From Ignavibacteria bacterium (lineage in GTDB: Bacteria; Bacteroidota; Ignavibacteria; Kapaibacteriales; Kapaibacteriaceae): DNA of 64,000 bases. A program made the position numbers and the translations under genes. Position 1 is the first letter of the stretch. Each line of letters starts with the position of its first letter. The stretch lies in the NCBI GenBank assembly GCA_015709655.1, contig CP054181.1, forward strand, positions 173,262 to 237,261, written 5' to 3'. The notes under the pieces were generated by a model. It saw only the letters and a program-made list of their open reading frames with translations. It was not told the DNA's origin and ran no database searches. Shown one piece after another: positions 18,410 to 27,748 of this stretch.

Positions 18410-19077
18410 TTAAAGTCCCACAACGAATTAAAACACCTTTTGATGAGAAGCGACAACTCCTTGTAGAGCACCTGCAACGTAGGGGAATTACTGACCCAAA
18501 CGTACTTGATGCCATGAACACAGTTCCTCGTGAAGCCTTTGTTTCTGCAGGCTTGCAGTCACAGGCATACGAGGATTCAGCCTTGCCTATTAATGAGCGG
18601 CAAACGATTTCTCAGCCGTTTACGGTGGCGTTTATGACGCAGTGTGCCAATATTAAACCAAACGATAAAGTTCTTGAGATTGGTACCGGCAGTGGGTACC
18701 AGGCAGCCGTACTTGCACAAATGGGAGCGCAGGTAGTGTCGATTGAGCGTCACTCGCCACTTTCCATTGTTGCACGAAAGCGGCTTAGTAGTCTGGGCTA
18801 TCCGGTACAGTGCAGAGTGGGCGACGGAACCATCGGTTACCGTGCCGGAGCCCCTTACAATGCTATCCTTGTAACGGCGGGTGCACCTGACGTCCCGGAA
18901 TCGCTGGCCCGACAGCTTGCAATTGGCGGAAGGCTGGTTGTTCCGGTGGGCAACACAACGAACCAGACACTGTACGTTGTTACAAGAACTGCCGCCGAAG
19001 ACTGGAAGGTTGAAAACAAAGGCGACTTTGCCTTTGTCCCCCTGATCGGCGTTGAAGGGTGGAGTGAGCGTGAATAG
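18406..19077 (+). CDS. pcm: protein-L-isoaspartate O-methyltransferase
   Basis: 223 aa with SAM motif VLEIGTGSGYQAAVLA and substrate block TISQPF. ATGA overlap with cdaA. Confidence 0.9.
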   Translation: MIKVPQRIKTPFDEKRQLLVEHLQRRGITDPNVLDAMNTVPREAFVSAGLQSQAYEDSALPINERQTISQPFTVAFMTQCANIKPNDKVLEIGTGSGYQAAVLAQMGAQVVSIERHSPLSIVARKRLSSLGYPVQCRVGDGTIGYRAGAPYNAILVTAGAPDVPESLARQLAIGGRLVVPVGNTTNQTLYVVTRTAAEDWKVENKGDFAFVPLIGVEGWSERE

Positions 19078-21580
19078 TAATCCTACCACTGTTGTGGTTA
19101 TAGGCGGGCCAACAGCAGCCGGGAAAACTCAGGTTGCGTTGCAACTGGCTCAGCACGTGCCGGTTGAGGTTGTTTGTGCTGACTCCCGCCAGGTTTACGC
19201 TATGCTCGATATTGGAACTGCAAAGCCAACGCTGCAGGAAATGCAAACCTGTCCGCACCATTTGTTTTCAGTTGTTGATCCAGCCAATACCGTAACTGCC
19301 GGCGAATACGCAACATGGGTTCGCACGATTATTGCCACTCATGCCGATCCGGCTACCGTGCTTCTGCTGGTTGGCGGTACCGGGCTCTATATTCAGGCTG
19401 CTCTTGATGGGCTTTCCTCACACGGCAGAAACACGTCACAGTCAACCAGAGATTTTGTGAATTCAGAGCGTGAACGCCTTGGTGCCACGGGATTGTACCA
19501 GTGGCTGCAGAAGGTTGATCCCGCTGCCGCAGCTCACTATCCGGATAAAAATCCGCGCCGGGTTCAGAGAGCTCTTGAATTTATCCTCGAGAATGACAGA
19601 CCATTTTCAGAAATTCTTGAGACTCCGGCGGATGCAGTCCAGGCAAACGTACACTACTTTAGTATTTATCTGGACACGAGCGAACTCAATAAACGAATCG
19701 AAGATCGGTGTAATGCAATGTGGAATGATGGAATAGTCGAGGAAACACAAAATTTGCTGTCACATGGAATCCAACCACAACAACAGAGTTTACGCACAAT
19801 TGGATACGAACAGGTTTTGCAGTACCTTGGCTATGGAGAACAGTTAAGTCGTACAGATGCCATTGAACGTCACATTGTTGCCACACGCCAGTATGCCAAA
19901 CGTCAGCGAACCTGGTTCCGCAGCGATACCCGGTATCAGTGGCTTCATGCAGCAACAGCGGTATCGCAGATCCTGCATAACATCGCTGTCACCGTCTGTG
20001 TTCTTGCATTACTGGCCATCGGCCACGTAACTGCAGCTCCTGCTGCTACCGATTCCACACGGTTACCACCACTGCCAGCCATACCCACTCAGTTTGATTC
20101 GGCACAGGCAATTGCATTATTTAAGAAATATGCCGACTCAGTTCTTAATTCAGATGCATTTAAAGGGGCTGATGTCAGTTGTCAGATTTGGAACCTGCGA
20201 ACAAACAAACTTCTCTTCGAGCGAAACCCGACCCAGAATCTTACGCCGGCTAGTACAACAAAACTATTTACAACGGCAGCCGCCTACCACGCTTTGGGCA
20301 GTGGAGGCGCACTGGTTACTGAACTCAGGATGAACGGGCGTTTAAACAGTGATGGCGTTTTGGACGGTGACCTGTACCTGGTTGGATGCGGTGATGCAAT
20401 GCTCAGCGTAAATGATATGGAATACCTGGCTGATCAGGCATACAGGATGGGCCTGCGCAAAGTACGCGGGAAACTGTATGCCGATGATAGCTTTTTTGAC
20501 CATGTGGGAAACCGTGCTGTTTATAGTGGAGATTTTGAAGATGTTCAGCATACGGCGCCGGTTTATCCCCTATCGCTCAATGAGGGGTCGGTCTCGGTAG
20601 TCGTTTCGGCATCCCGCAAAGGTACTGTTTCGGTGCAGGTACTCCCCAATACCACAGCCGTCGTTGTACAGGTTGCTCCCGCCGTTCGTCAGAACCGCCG
20701 TCGGAAGAAACGTTCCTCTCTATCTGTTAGCCAGACCGTTCTAAAGGATGGACGAGTTCAAATTACCGTTACCGGTGCTCCGCGGCCTAATCGTACACAA
20801 ACCTTTCATATCACGGTACAAAAGCCTGCTCTGGTGGCGGTTGGTGTTCTTGAATCCAGGCTTCAGGCTGGCGGAATTCAGGTTAACGCCGGTATTGGTG
20901 TTAAGGCTGCTCCGCAGAGTTCCAGGATACTTTCCCAGATACAGCGTCCATTGAGTGAATATTGTTCCGTAGTCAACAAACGCAGTCATAACTTTTATGC
21001 TGAGCAGCTGTTCAAGTTTGTTGGTGGACGTTACGGTGGCAGAACAAACACCGCTGACGTTGCACGAAAAGCTATTCTTGCCACCCTGGATTCTCTAAGA
21101 GTGCCGCATCGCGGAATGATTCTCAATGACGGGAGCGGACTCTCGCGGCGTAACCGTGTATGCGCAGCTACAGAGGTTGATTTGCTGAAGGCTGTCTGGA
21201 AGCAGCCGTACGGCACGGAGTTCTATCACACTCTATCGGTGGCCGGTGTTGATGGCACCATCCGCAGACGGCTGGCCGGTACCATTGCGGCAGAATATGT
21301 ATTTGCAAAAACAGGAACTCTGCGCAACACCAGCTCCTTGGCGGGGTATGCTGTCACCCTTGATGGCGAGGACTGGTGCTTTTCAATCATCAGCAACGGC
21401 CCCAACCCGTCGGCCTATAAAAAGGCCGAAAACCTGCTCGCCATTAGGATGGCAGGGTTCTCGTACAACCCCTTGGTTACCGAACGGACACCGGTATCTG
21501 GCAGTAAACTTCGATACGAAAGGGGCTCAGGCACGGGAAGCTCGGAAGACGAATTTATAGATGACGGCAGTGAAGAGTAG
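19052..21580 (+). CDS. miaA: single ORF fusing tRNA dimethylallyltransferase (MiaA, N-terminal ~300 aa) to a PBP4/S13 D-Ala-D-Ala carboxypeptidase/endopeptidase (C-terminal ~510 aa)
   Basis: 842 codons without a stop. MiaA motifs are GGPTAAGKT, DSRQVY, GGTGLY and QYAKRQRTWFR. The junction segment is IAVTVCVLALLAIGHVTAAPAA (nt 19982-20047). PBP motifs are ASTTKLF (SxxK) and FAKTGTL (KTG). A likely start is the GTG at 19070. Confidence 0.8.
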   Translation: MKGGVSVNSNPTTVVVIGGPTAAGKTQVALQLAQHVPVEVVCADSRQVYAMLDIGTAKPTLQEMQTCPHHLFSVVDPANTVTAGEYATWVRTIIATHADPATVLLLVGGTGLYIQAALDGLSSHGRNTSQSTRDFVNSERERLGATGLYQWLQKVDPAAAAHYPDKNPRRVQRALEFILENDRPFSEILETPADAVQANVHYFSIYLDTSELNKRIEDRCNAMWNDGIVEETQNLLSHGIQPQQQSLRTIGYEQVLQYLGYGEQLSRTDAIERHIVATRQYAKRQRTWFRSDTRYQWLHAATAVSQILHNIAVTVCVLALLAIGHVTAAPAATDSTRLPPLPAIPTQFDSAQAIALFKKYADSVLNSDAFKGADVSCQIWNLRTNKLLFERNPTQNLTPASTTKLFTTAAAYHALGSGGALVTELRMNGRLNSDGVLDGDLYLVGCGDAMLSVNDMEYLADQAYRMGLRKVRGKLYADDSFFDHVGNRAVYSGDFEDVQHTAPVYPLSLNEGSVSVVVSASRKGTVSVQVLPNTTAVVVQVAPAVRQNRRRKKRSSLSVSQTVLKDGRVQITVTGAPRPNRTQTFHITVQKPALVAVGVLESRLQAGGIQVNAGIGVKAAPQSSRILSQIQRPLSEYCSVVNKRSHNFYAEQLFKFVGGRYGGRTNTADVARKAILATLDSLRVPHRGMILNDGSGLSRRNRVCAATEVDLLKAVWKQPYGTEFYHTLSVAGVDGTIRRRLAGTIAAEYVFAKTGTLRNTSSLAGYAVTLDGEDWCFSIISNGPNPSAYKKAENLLAIRMAGFSYNPLVTERTPVSGSKLRYERGSGTGSSEDEFIDDGSEE

Positions 21581-21916
21581 CGACAATGCAAGGCCGGAAA
21601 TATCGGCTAGCCAGTCATACACACTTGCATCACGATTCAGGACAAAGCTCTGGTGCACTTCATCAAGGGCGCCCCACAGAGCTCCAAGGATTAGCGAATA
21701 CAAACGTACCTTCTTGCGTGACGCAGCAGGTTTCCAGCCAATAATCGCAAGCTGGCATGCCAGACCGTACACAAAAAATACGCTTACGTGGGCCAGTTTA
21801 TCACCCAGATAAAAGTCCAGAGGCGGAAGCTCGTTTCCCGGGAATGAACTCAGAACGAAGATGAGAACCGTTAGTGCACCTAATGGGATGACGGTAAGTT
21901 TATTTGCCTTTTTCAT
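21527..21916 (-). CDS. VanZ-family membrane protein
   Basis: 129 aa with four TM helices and the block DKLAHVSVFFVYG. Its 3' end overlaps the convergent miaA/PBP4 ORF by 54 nt, and its 5' end overlaps the nnr stop by 17 nt. Confidence 0.75.
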   Translation of the reverse strand: MKKANKLTVIPLGALTVLIFVLSSFPGNELPPLDFYLGDKLAHVSVFFVYGLACQLAIIGWKPAASRKKVRLYSLILGALWGALDEVHQSFVLNRDASVYDWLADISGLALSLLFTAVIYKFVFRASRA

Positions 21917-23375
21917 TGTTGTTCTTCATTACGGTACCAAGCAGTCTGATTACGTCACCGGCAAGCATCGATTCTTCCGCCCTGCTCTGTACCCACACAT
22001 CTGCAGTAAGTCCGTGCAAATACGCACCCAGGGAAGCTGCATCTATTCCCAGTACCCCTTGGGCTACAAGTCCGGCTATCATGCCCGCCAGTACATCACC
22101 GGTACCTGCCGTGGCAAGTGCAGGGTTGCCCGTACTGCAAAAACGAACATCTGAGCCAGACACGGTTACCGGAGGAACAGATTTTAGATGTACTGTACAG
22201 CCAAGGTGTGAGGCAAGTGTACGGACGGTGTTTACGACTGACGTGATCTCGGCTGATTTCGATGCATGCTCCAAACCGAGCGCATCACATAGTTGGTTAA
22301 ACTCCCCCGGATGCGGCGTTAGAATACAGTTCTGCATATTGCCACGCATTTCCGGAATACAGCGTAATCCATCGGCATCAATGATCCGCGGAATATCATG
22401 TGCATTGTTCAGAAGCCGTGTGAGCATCCCAAGCCGATCCTCGTCTGTGCCAAATCCCGGACCTGCAACAATGGTTGTGACCTTTCCCAGCATCTGTTCA
22501 GCCTGGTTCAATGGCACTACCATGATCTCTCTTGGCAACAGCGGATGGGGGTGGTCGGTGGCCAGTGTTACAACCCCTGCACCTGTACGCAGAGCTGCTT
22601 CGGCACACAAGGCTGCAGCGCCACGCATTGCCCTGTTCCCGGCAACAACCAGCACATGTCCATACGTGTATTTATGCGTTCCAGACCTGCGCTCAGGCAG
22701 GAGTTGCCGAAGATCTCCCGTATCCAGACTTGAACCAATGGCGTGCTGTCGGGCCAGACCGGGCGGAGCACCAATGGGGACAACATGTATTGTCCCACAC
22801 ACTTCACGTCCGCCTGCTGTTAACATCCCCAGTTTAATTGTTTCCATTGTTATCGTTGTATCAGCCCGAACGGTATCCGGGTGCCTTCGTCCGGTAGCAC
22901 TGTCAAGACCAGTTGGTACGTCAACCGAGAGAACGTAAGCCTTTTTACTATTAACCAGGCGTGTCCACCTGCTGATGGGCTCCCGGAGGTCTGCAGTGCC
23001 ACCTGTTCCGATAAGAGCATCAATAACAACGTCATACGTTCCGGCCAGAACGTCATCAGGTATTGAAACCGGAATAGACAACTGGAGGGCTCTGTGGTAG
23101 TTCTCAAGAGTTTCAGCCGACATCGTTGACGGCTCCGGGACGGCACCAATGGTAACCGTACAGCGGGTGGACAGCATGCGGGCAATAGCATATCCATCGC
23201 CACCGTTATTGCCATTACCGCACAGAACAACTACCGCACTACCATCCGGGATATCGGCACAATGTGAGACCACACCCTGTGCTGCTGTTTCCATAAGTAC
23301 TGATGGAGCAATACCGGAAGCAATAGCCTCATTGTCAATTATCCGAGAACTTTGTGGTGTAGTTACCCAATTCAT
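21900..23375 (-). CDS. nnr: bifunctional NAD(P)H-hydrate repair enzyme (epimerase + ADP-dependent dehydratase)
   Basis: YjeF_N motif is GNGNNGGDGYAIAR. The C-terminal carbohydrate-kinase domain has GDVLAGMIAGL. Start placed at the ATG at 23375 (MNWVTTPQ); the track's longer start at 23471 would overlap the upstream methyltransferase. Confidence 0.9.
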   Translation of the reverse strand: MNWVTTPQSSRIIDNEAIASGIAPSVLMETAAQGVVSHCADIPDGSAVVVLCGNGNNGGDGYAIARMLSTRCTVTIGAVPEPSTMSAETLENYHRALQLSIPVSIPDDVLAGTYDVVIDALIGTGGTADLREPISRWTRLVNSKKAYVLSVDVPTGLDSATGRRHPDTVRADTTITMETIKLGMLTAGGREVCGTIHVVPIGAPPGLARQHAIGSSLDTGDLRQLLPERRSGTHKYTYGHVLVVAGNRAMRGAAALCAEAALRTGAGVVTLATDHPHPLLPREIMVVPLNQAEQMLGKVTTIVAGPGFGTDEDRLGMLTRLLNNAHDIPRIIDADGLRCIPEMRGNMQNCILTPHPGEFNQLCDALGLEHASKSAEITSVVNTVRTLASHLGCTVHLKSVPPVTVSGSDVRFCSTGNPALATAGTGDVLAGMIAGLVAQGVLGIDAASLGAYLHGLTADVWVQSRAEESMLAGDVIRLLGTVMKNNNEKGK

Positions 23376-23412
23376 ATCTATGTTCAAGCCCTTTGTATCC
23401 GGTACGATGAAA

Positions 23413-24051
23413 TCACGATGCGATAGTGTGCAGTTTCTCTGCCCGAACAACCACGAAGGCTCCCTGCCCATAACCCTTTATCGGATCTTCAGGTGCAGGT
23501 GCCGACGGATTGGTAAGCGTCTGAACGATGTCAGTGACCCTAAACCCCTGTTGCTCAATAAGCACCAGAACATCACCCACTGAATAGAACTGAGCATCTC
23601 GAAAAAACGTGCTCTCCTGTTTCCCTGCTTCCACCGCCGCAATAAAAGCATGTTGTCTGTCCAGAAAAGCCAGGACCAGCACACCACCCGTCTTTAGTAC
23701 GCGAAAAGCCTCTTGCATTGCAATAACCGGGTCTTCAACAAAGCAGATGGATGTAATAAAGACCACTGTGTCATAGCTGGCATCTGCATACGGTAAATGC
23801 TCGGCAACACCCTTACGCACGTTCAGGTTCCGTTGCCTTGCCAGCGTTAGCATGCCTTCCGACGGATCTATGCCATCAGTAATTCCCAACTGCTCGGCAA
23901 AAATCCCGCTTCCAATACCAACTTCCAGTGTTTTCTTGCCCTGAGGAAGCAACTGTTTAAGTGCCCTCAATTCAGATTCAAACAACTGTGGGTTATCAGC
24001 AAACCACTGATCGTACTCGTCAGCATGGAAATCGAAGGCATTGTGTGGCAT
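23413..24051 (-). CDS. class I SAM-dependent methyltransferase
   Basis: 212 aa with motif I LEVGIGSGIF and motif post-II DTVVFI. The layout is Methyltransf_11-like. Confidence 0.85.
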   Translation of the reverse strand: MPHNAFDFHADEYDQWFADNPQLFESELRALKQLLPQGKKTLEVGIGSGIFAEQLGITDGIDPSEGMLTLARQRNLNVRKGVAEHLPYADASYDTVVFITSICFVEDPVIAMQEAFRVLKTGGVLVLAFLDRQHAFIAAVEAGKQESTFFRDAQFYSVGDVLVLIEQQGFRVTDIVQTLTNPSAPAPEDPIKGYGQGAFVVVRAEKLHTIAS

Positions 24052-24095
24052 ACGGATGTGTTAAAAGAATTTATACAATGGATAAATGCACTATA

Positions 24096-24914
24096 CTATT
24101 TCCCCGGCGTATAGACCCCGGTAATATTCTTTGGCAGGAATGTATAAATCAGTGGGAAACCAGTAAGGAGTGCGCCGCCAATGACATTTCCAAGTGTAAC
24201 GGGAATCTGATTCCACAACCACCAGTCACTCAGCGAAATATCGCTTCCTAACATCATGGCTGTTGGAATAACGAACATATTTACCACGCTGTGTTCTAAG
24301 CCCAGTGCAAAAAACGTAAAAATGGGCAGCCATAGAGCCACGATCTTGCCCAGAGCCGATGAGGAAGAAACGCCCATCACCACACCCATGGTAACCATCC
24401 AGTTGCACAGAATGGCTTTCACAATCGCTATCCCTATACCAGACAAACCCAGTTCTTTATAGAACAGCGTCTTTCCCTCAGCAACTGCGATTACCTTGTG
24501 AGCAACGTCGGGCATGACCGCTATCTGCCCAAAGTCAGTAATATACGTCCAGAACATTGCACAAAAGAACAAACTGCCCAGTAGATTACCCAGAAATGCC
24601 CACATCCAGCTGTGTACAAGGCTTATACTGGAAGTTTCTTTACCCCATACCGCCATGGGTACTGTTGCAAAGTTGCCCGTTACCAGTTCAAGCCCTAAAA
24701 GAATAATCATGGCAAATCCAACCGGAAAAACCAGTGCGCCAATGATCCCTAAACCGGTTTGCGTTGCAGCTGTATATGCCAGCACGGTGGCAAAGCCAAG
24801 AAGGGATCCTGACAGAAAGCCTCTGATTAAAATATCTTTTGCATGTAACCTGGACTTATATGCTCCCATGTGAATCAGGTCTTTCACGATTTCCGACGGT
24901 TTAATGCTATCCAT
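24096..24914 (-). CDS. formate/nitrite transporter (FNT) family channel
   Basis: 272 aa with six TM helices and FNT-like blocks GAYKS..., FPVGFAMIIL..ELVTGN and GLEHSVVNMF. Confidence 0.85.
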   Translation of the reverse strand: MDSIKPSEIVKDLIHMGAYKSRLHAKDILIRGFLSGSLLGFATVLAYTAATQTGLGIIGALVFPVGFAMIILLGLELVTGNFATVPMAVWGKETSSISLVHSWMWAFLGNLLGSLFFCAMFWTYITDFGQIAVMPDVAHKVIAVAEGKTLFYKELGLSGIGIAIVKAILCNWMVTMGVVMGVSSSSALGKIVALWLPIFTFFALGLEHSVVNMFVIPTAMMLGSDISLSDWWLWNQIPVTLGNVIGGALLTGFPLIYTFLPKNITGVYTPGK

Positions 24915-25067
24915 AACAATGAATCCGTGTGTTAATGAGTTCTACAACTGTTTTGGTGTGTGAGCAATAATATTTATATCACGGCAAACCACCGTCAACG
25001 TCCAGGAAATTTTATTCAGTAAACGTCACCTTGAACACTGTTTGGATAATGCTTCGTAGCTTCGAGC

Positions 25068-25559
25068 GTGCTGATCCGGTTAGTCCAATATCTCTTGTGT
25101 GGCATTACGGTTGCCACACTTGCCGGCTGCGGTGGGCTTGACCCTACCGTGCTTCCGGACAATGCCCAGATTTCAGGAACGATTTTCTATTCCGGTGCAC
25201 CCTGGCCCGACAGTGTACGGGAAGTACGCGTGGTTTTGTTTCAGTCACAGCCAACAGCACCCGACTCCGTTTTGTCGGCCATCCTTCGGAATACAGCAGT
25301 GTATACCGACACACTCCGGCGGTTTGTAGAACAGGAGTCGTATTCTCTTACCATACCCAGCCCGCCTCGGTCATTCGGTTATGTAGTTGTAGCCGGACGA
25401 ACCGGAGACAACCTGCTGAAGGATTGGCACATGCTTGCTGTTCACACATCGCAGGCAGATCCTCCGGTACCGATACCCGTTAGCGTACAGCCCGGCGACA
25501 ACGTTCAAGTAAACTTTTTTATTGACTTTGCCAATCTTCCGCCACAGCCCTTTAACTGA
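25068..25559 (+). CDS. hypothetical lipoprotein
   Basis: 163 aa. GTG start, lipobox TLAG/C. Its stop shares one base with the start of the downstream TonB-dependent receptor (TGATG). Confidence 0.6.
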   Translation: MLIRLVQYLLCGITVATLAGCGGLDPTVLPDNAQISGTIFYSGAPWPDSVREVRVVLFQSQPTAPDSVLSAILRNTAVYTDTLRRFVEQESYSLTIPSPPRSFGYVVVAGRTGDNLLKDWHMLAVHTSQADPPVPIPVSVQPGDNVQVNFFIDFANLPPQPFN

Positions 25560-27748
25560 TGTTTTTCCTGTATATCGTCTTAGTGCTGCTCTCGGCAGTA
25601 ACCGCAAGCGCCGTTGATCTGTACGGGACCATTACCAACAGAACATCCGGCCAACCCGTTGTTGCCGCAACTGTCCGAATTCATGGATTACAAAAAGGAG
25701 CCGTTACTGATACAGCCGGAAAATTCAAAATCGCCGGTTTACCTACCGGTGTTTTCTCACTGGTGGCATCACGGATTGGATACAAACCAAGTACAATCAC
25801 GATTACCCTTACCGACAATACCGAGCATGTTGTGCTAACAATGCTTGAAGCCAGCATCGTAAAGCAGGATGTTATTGTCTCTGCAAGCAGACGCGTGCAG
25901 GCGGTTCAGGATGTACCCATCTCTGTTTCTACCCTCAACAGCAGCGACGTTGCAGAGCGATCCATCACTCGTCTGGATGATGCTCTTCGGTACGTAAGCG
26001 GCGTTTCGGTGGTGAAAGACCAGGTAAACATCAGGGGATCCAGCGGTTTTGCTCTGGGTGTTGGCAACAGAACCATGGTCCTGCTTGATGGCTTCCCGCT
26101 GATGAGTGGCGATAATGGTGACATAAAGTTCGATGTTATGCCAGTATCCGATATCGGACGAATTGAAATTATCAAGGGGGCTGGCAGCGCTCTGTATGGT
26201 ACGGGAGCTCTTGGTGGTGTTGTAACAATGTTTACGGCCAAGCCACCAGCGGGCACCACGATAACCGGTCGTGGTTTTGCCGGTACCTACTCAAAGCCTC
26301 GCTACTCAGAATGGAACTACCGTGCCAGCGCGCCTCTCAGCAGCGGACTTGATATCCGCCTCACACATTCAACGCCAGAGATAACAGTTTCCGGCAGTGC
26401 CGCAATCCGTTCCGACGAAGGATACCGTGACTTTGATAAATCGCTGGACGGCATTGCCTTCGGGAAGTTTCAGTGGAATCTTGGGGCGAACAACCACCTT
26501 ACAGCATTTGCTTTGTATGCCACTCACACCGGTGAAAACTTCCTGTACTGGAAGGACCTCCGGTATGCCACCTTCCCTCCGGATGCCCAGGACAGGGAAC
26601 AGCTCCTGCGTTCCGGCAAACTGGCTGGTGGCCTGGAGTGGGCTGCATTCCTGGATAACCGGACAACGCTTACTGTTCGTGCAGGGATATTCAGGACAGA
26701 GTTTGGCAACCTGATCAACAACGTCATGCAGGATTCCAATCATTCGGTGGCAAACTCATGGAACACCGATATACTGGCTACCCGTGTCTTTTCGGACCAG
26801 TTTACACTCACGGGTGGACTGAACGCTAAGCTGAACAGTGTTTCAGCCGATGTTTATGGTGAGCAGTTTCAGGCCCTGGCTGCTGGATTCGTACAGGGTG
26901 AGTTCAGCTTTACAAACGGACCCATTCTCACTCTTGGCGTACGCCTTGACCACGAGAAAACAGCCACCCTGCCCTCGTATCTGGAGCTTAGTCCCAAGTT
27001 TGGCATCAGCTGGCACGTTACTCCTTCCGTTGCCTTGCGTGCTAGCATTGGACGTGGCTTTCGGGCGCCGGCAATCGCAGAGCGCTATGCCAACATCCGT
27101 TACGGCCCCTTCAATGTTATTCCTAATCCCAACCTTTTGGCGGAAAGCTCAGTCTCGTACGAGGCAGGCATGCATTATACCCCCGAAGATGCCGTCCTGC
27201 CAGTTGATATCGACATCGCAGTATTTAATAACGAACTATACGATTTAATAGAACCAACGTTTGCAATGGATGATCCGTCGGTTCCGATCATCTTTCAGAA
27301 TGTAACCCGAGCCAGAATACTTGGTGCTGAGTGTACCGTCCGTGCCATCCTGCATCCGCGGCTTACTGCTGAAACCGGGATTACCGGTATGCTGCCTACC
27401 GATCTGCTGACCGGACAGACACTAAAGTATCGGAATAACGTACTGTGGTACAGCAGGGCCGAGTACTCCATTACCAATAGGCTCCAGGTTGGGATTGACT
27501 ATAGATTCCAAAACAAGGTAGAGCAGGTTGATGATAAACTGGATGCCTTTATTCCTAATGCAACCGCTCGGGTCCCGGTCCATATTGTTGATGCACGAAT
27601 CTTGTACACAGTTGATATTGGAATACAGCAACAGTTGCGGCTTGGTGTGATTGGCAAGAATATTTTGGATTATTACTATGCCGAAGCAGTTGCCAACCTT
27701 AGCCCTACCCGGCAACTCCTCTTCCAGATCGAAGTACTCCAGCCTTAA
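25559..27748 (+). CDS. TonB-dependent receptor with N-terminal carboxypeptidase-regulatory-like domain
   Basis: 729 aa with a signal peptide. The N-terminal block is LYGTITN..GQPVVAATVRI. Plug motifs are DVPISVSTL and IEIIKGAGSALYG. A long beta-barrel follows. Confidence 0.9.
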   Translation: MFFLYIVLVLLSAVTASAVDLYGTITNRTSGQPVVAATVRIHGLQKGAVTDTAGKFKIAGLPTGVFSLVASRIGYKPSTITITLTDNTEHVVLTMLEASIVKQDVIVSASRRVQAVQDVPISVSTLNSSDVAERSITRLDDALRYVSGVSVVKDQVNIRGSSGFALGVGNRTMVLLDGFPLMSGDNGDIKFDVMPVSDIGRIEIIKGAGSALYGTGALGGVVTMFTAKPPAGTTITGRGFAGTYSKPRYSEWNYRASAPLSSGLDIRLTHSTPEITVSGSAAIRSDEGYRDFDKSLDGIAFGKFQWNLGANNHLTAFALYATHTGENFLYWKDLRYATFPPDAQDREQLLRSGKLAGGLEWAAFLDNRTTLTVRAGIFRTEFGNLINNVMQDSNHSVANSWNTDILATRVFSDQFTLTGGLNAKLNSVSADVYGEQFQALAAGFVQGEFSFTNGPILTLGVRLDHEKTATLPSYLELSPKFGISWHVTPSVALRASIGRGFRAPAIAERYANIRYGPFNVIPNPNLLAESSVSYEAGMHYTPEDAVLPVDIDIAVFNNELYDLIEPTFAMDDPSVPIIFQNVTRARILGAECTVRAILHPRLTAETGITGMLPTDLLTGQTLKYRNNVLWYSRAEYSITNRLQVGIDYRFQNKVEQVDDKLDAFIPNATARVPVHIVDARILYTVDIGIQQQLRLGVIGKNILDYYYAEAVANLSPTRQLLFQIEVLQP

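Noticed and set aside
21904-22938. 344-aa + strand ORF
   Set aside because: It is antisense to the nnr gene, which has clear YjeF_N and kinase motifs. Its Ser/Pro/Arg/Thr-rich composition is typical of the reverse frame of a GC-rich gene. The same reasoning applies to 18577-19089, 33189-33722, 39102-39647, 59073-59642 and 60193-60723.
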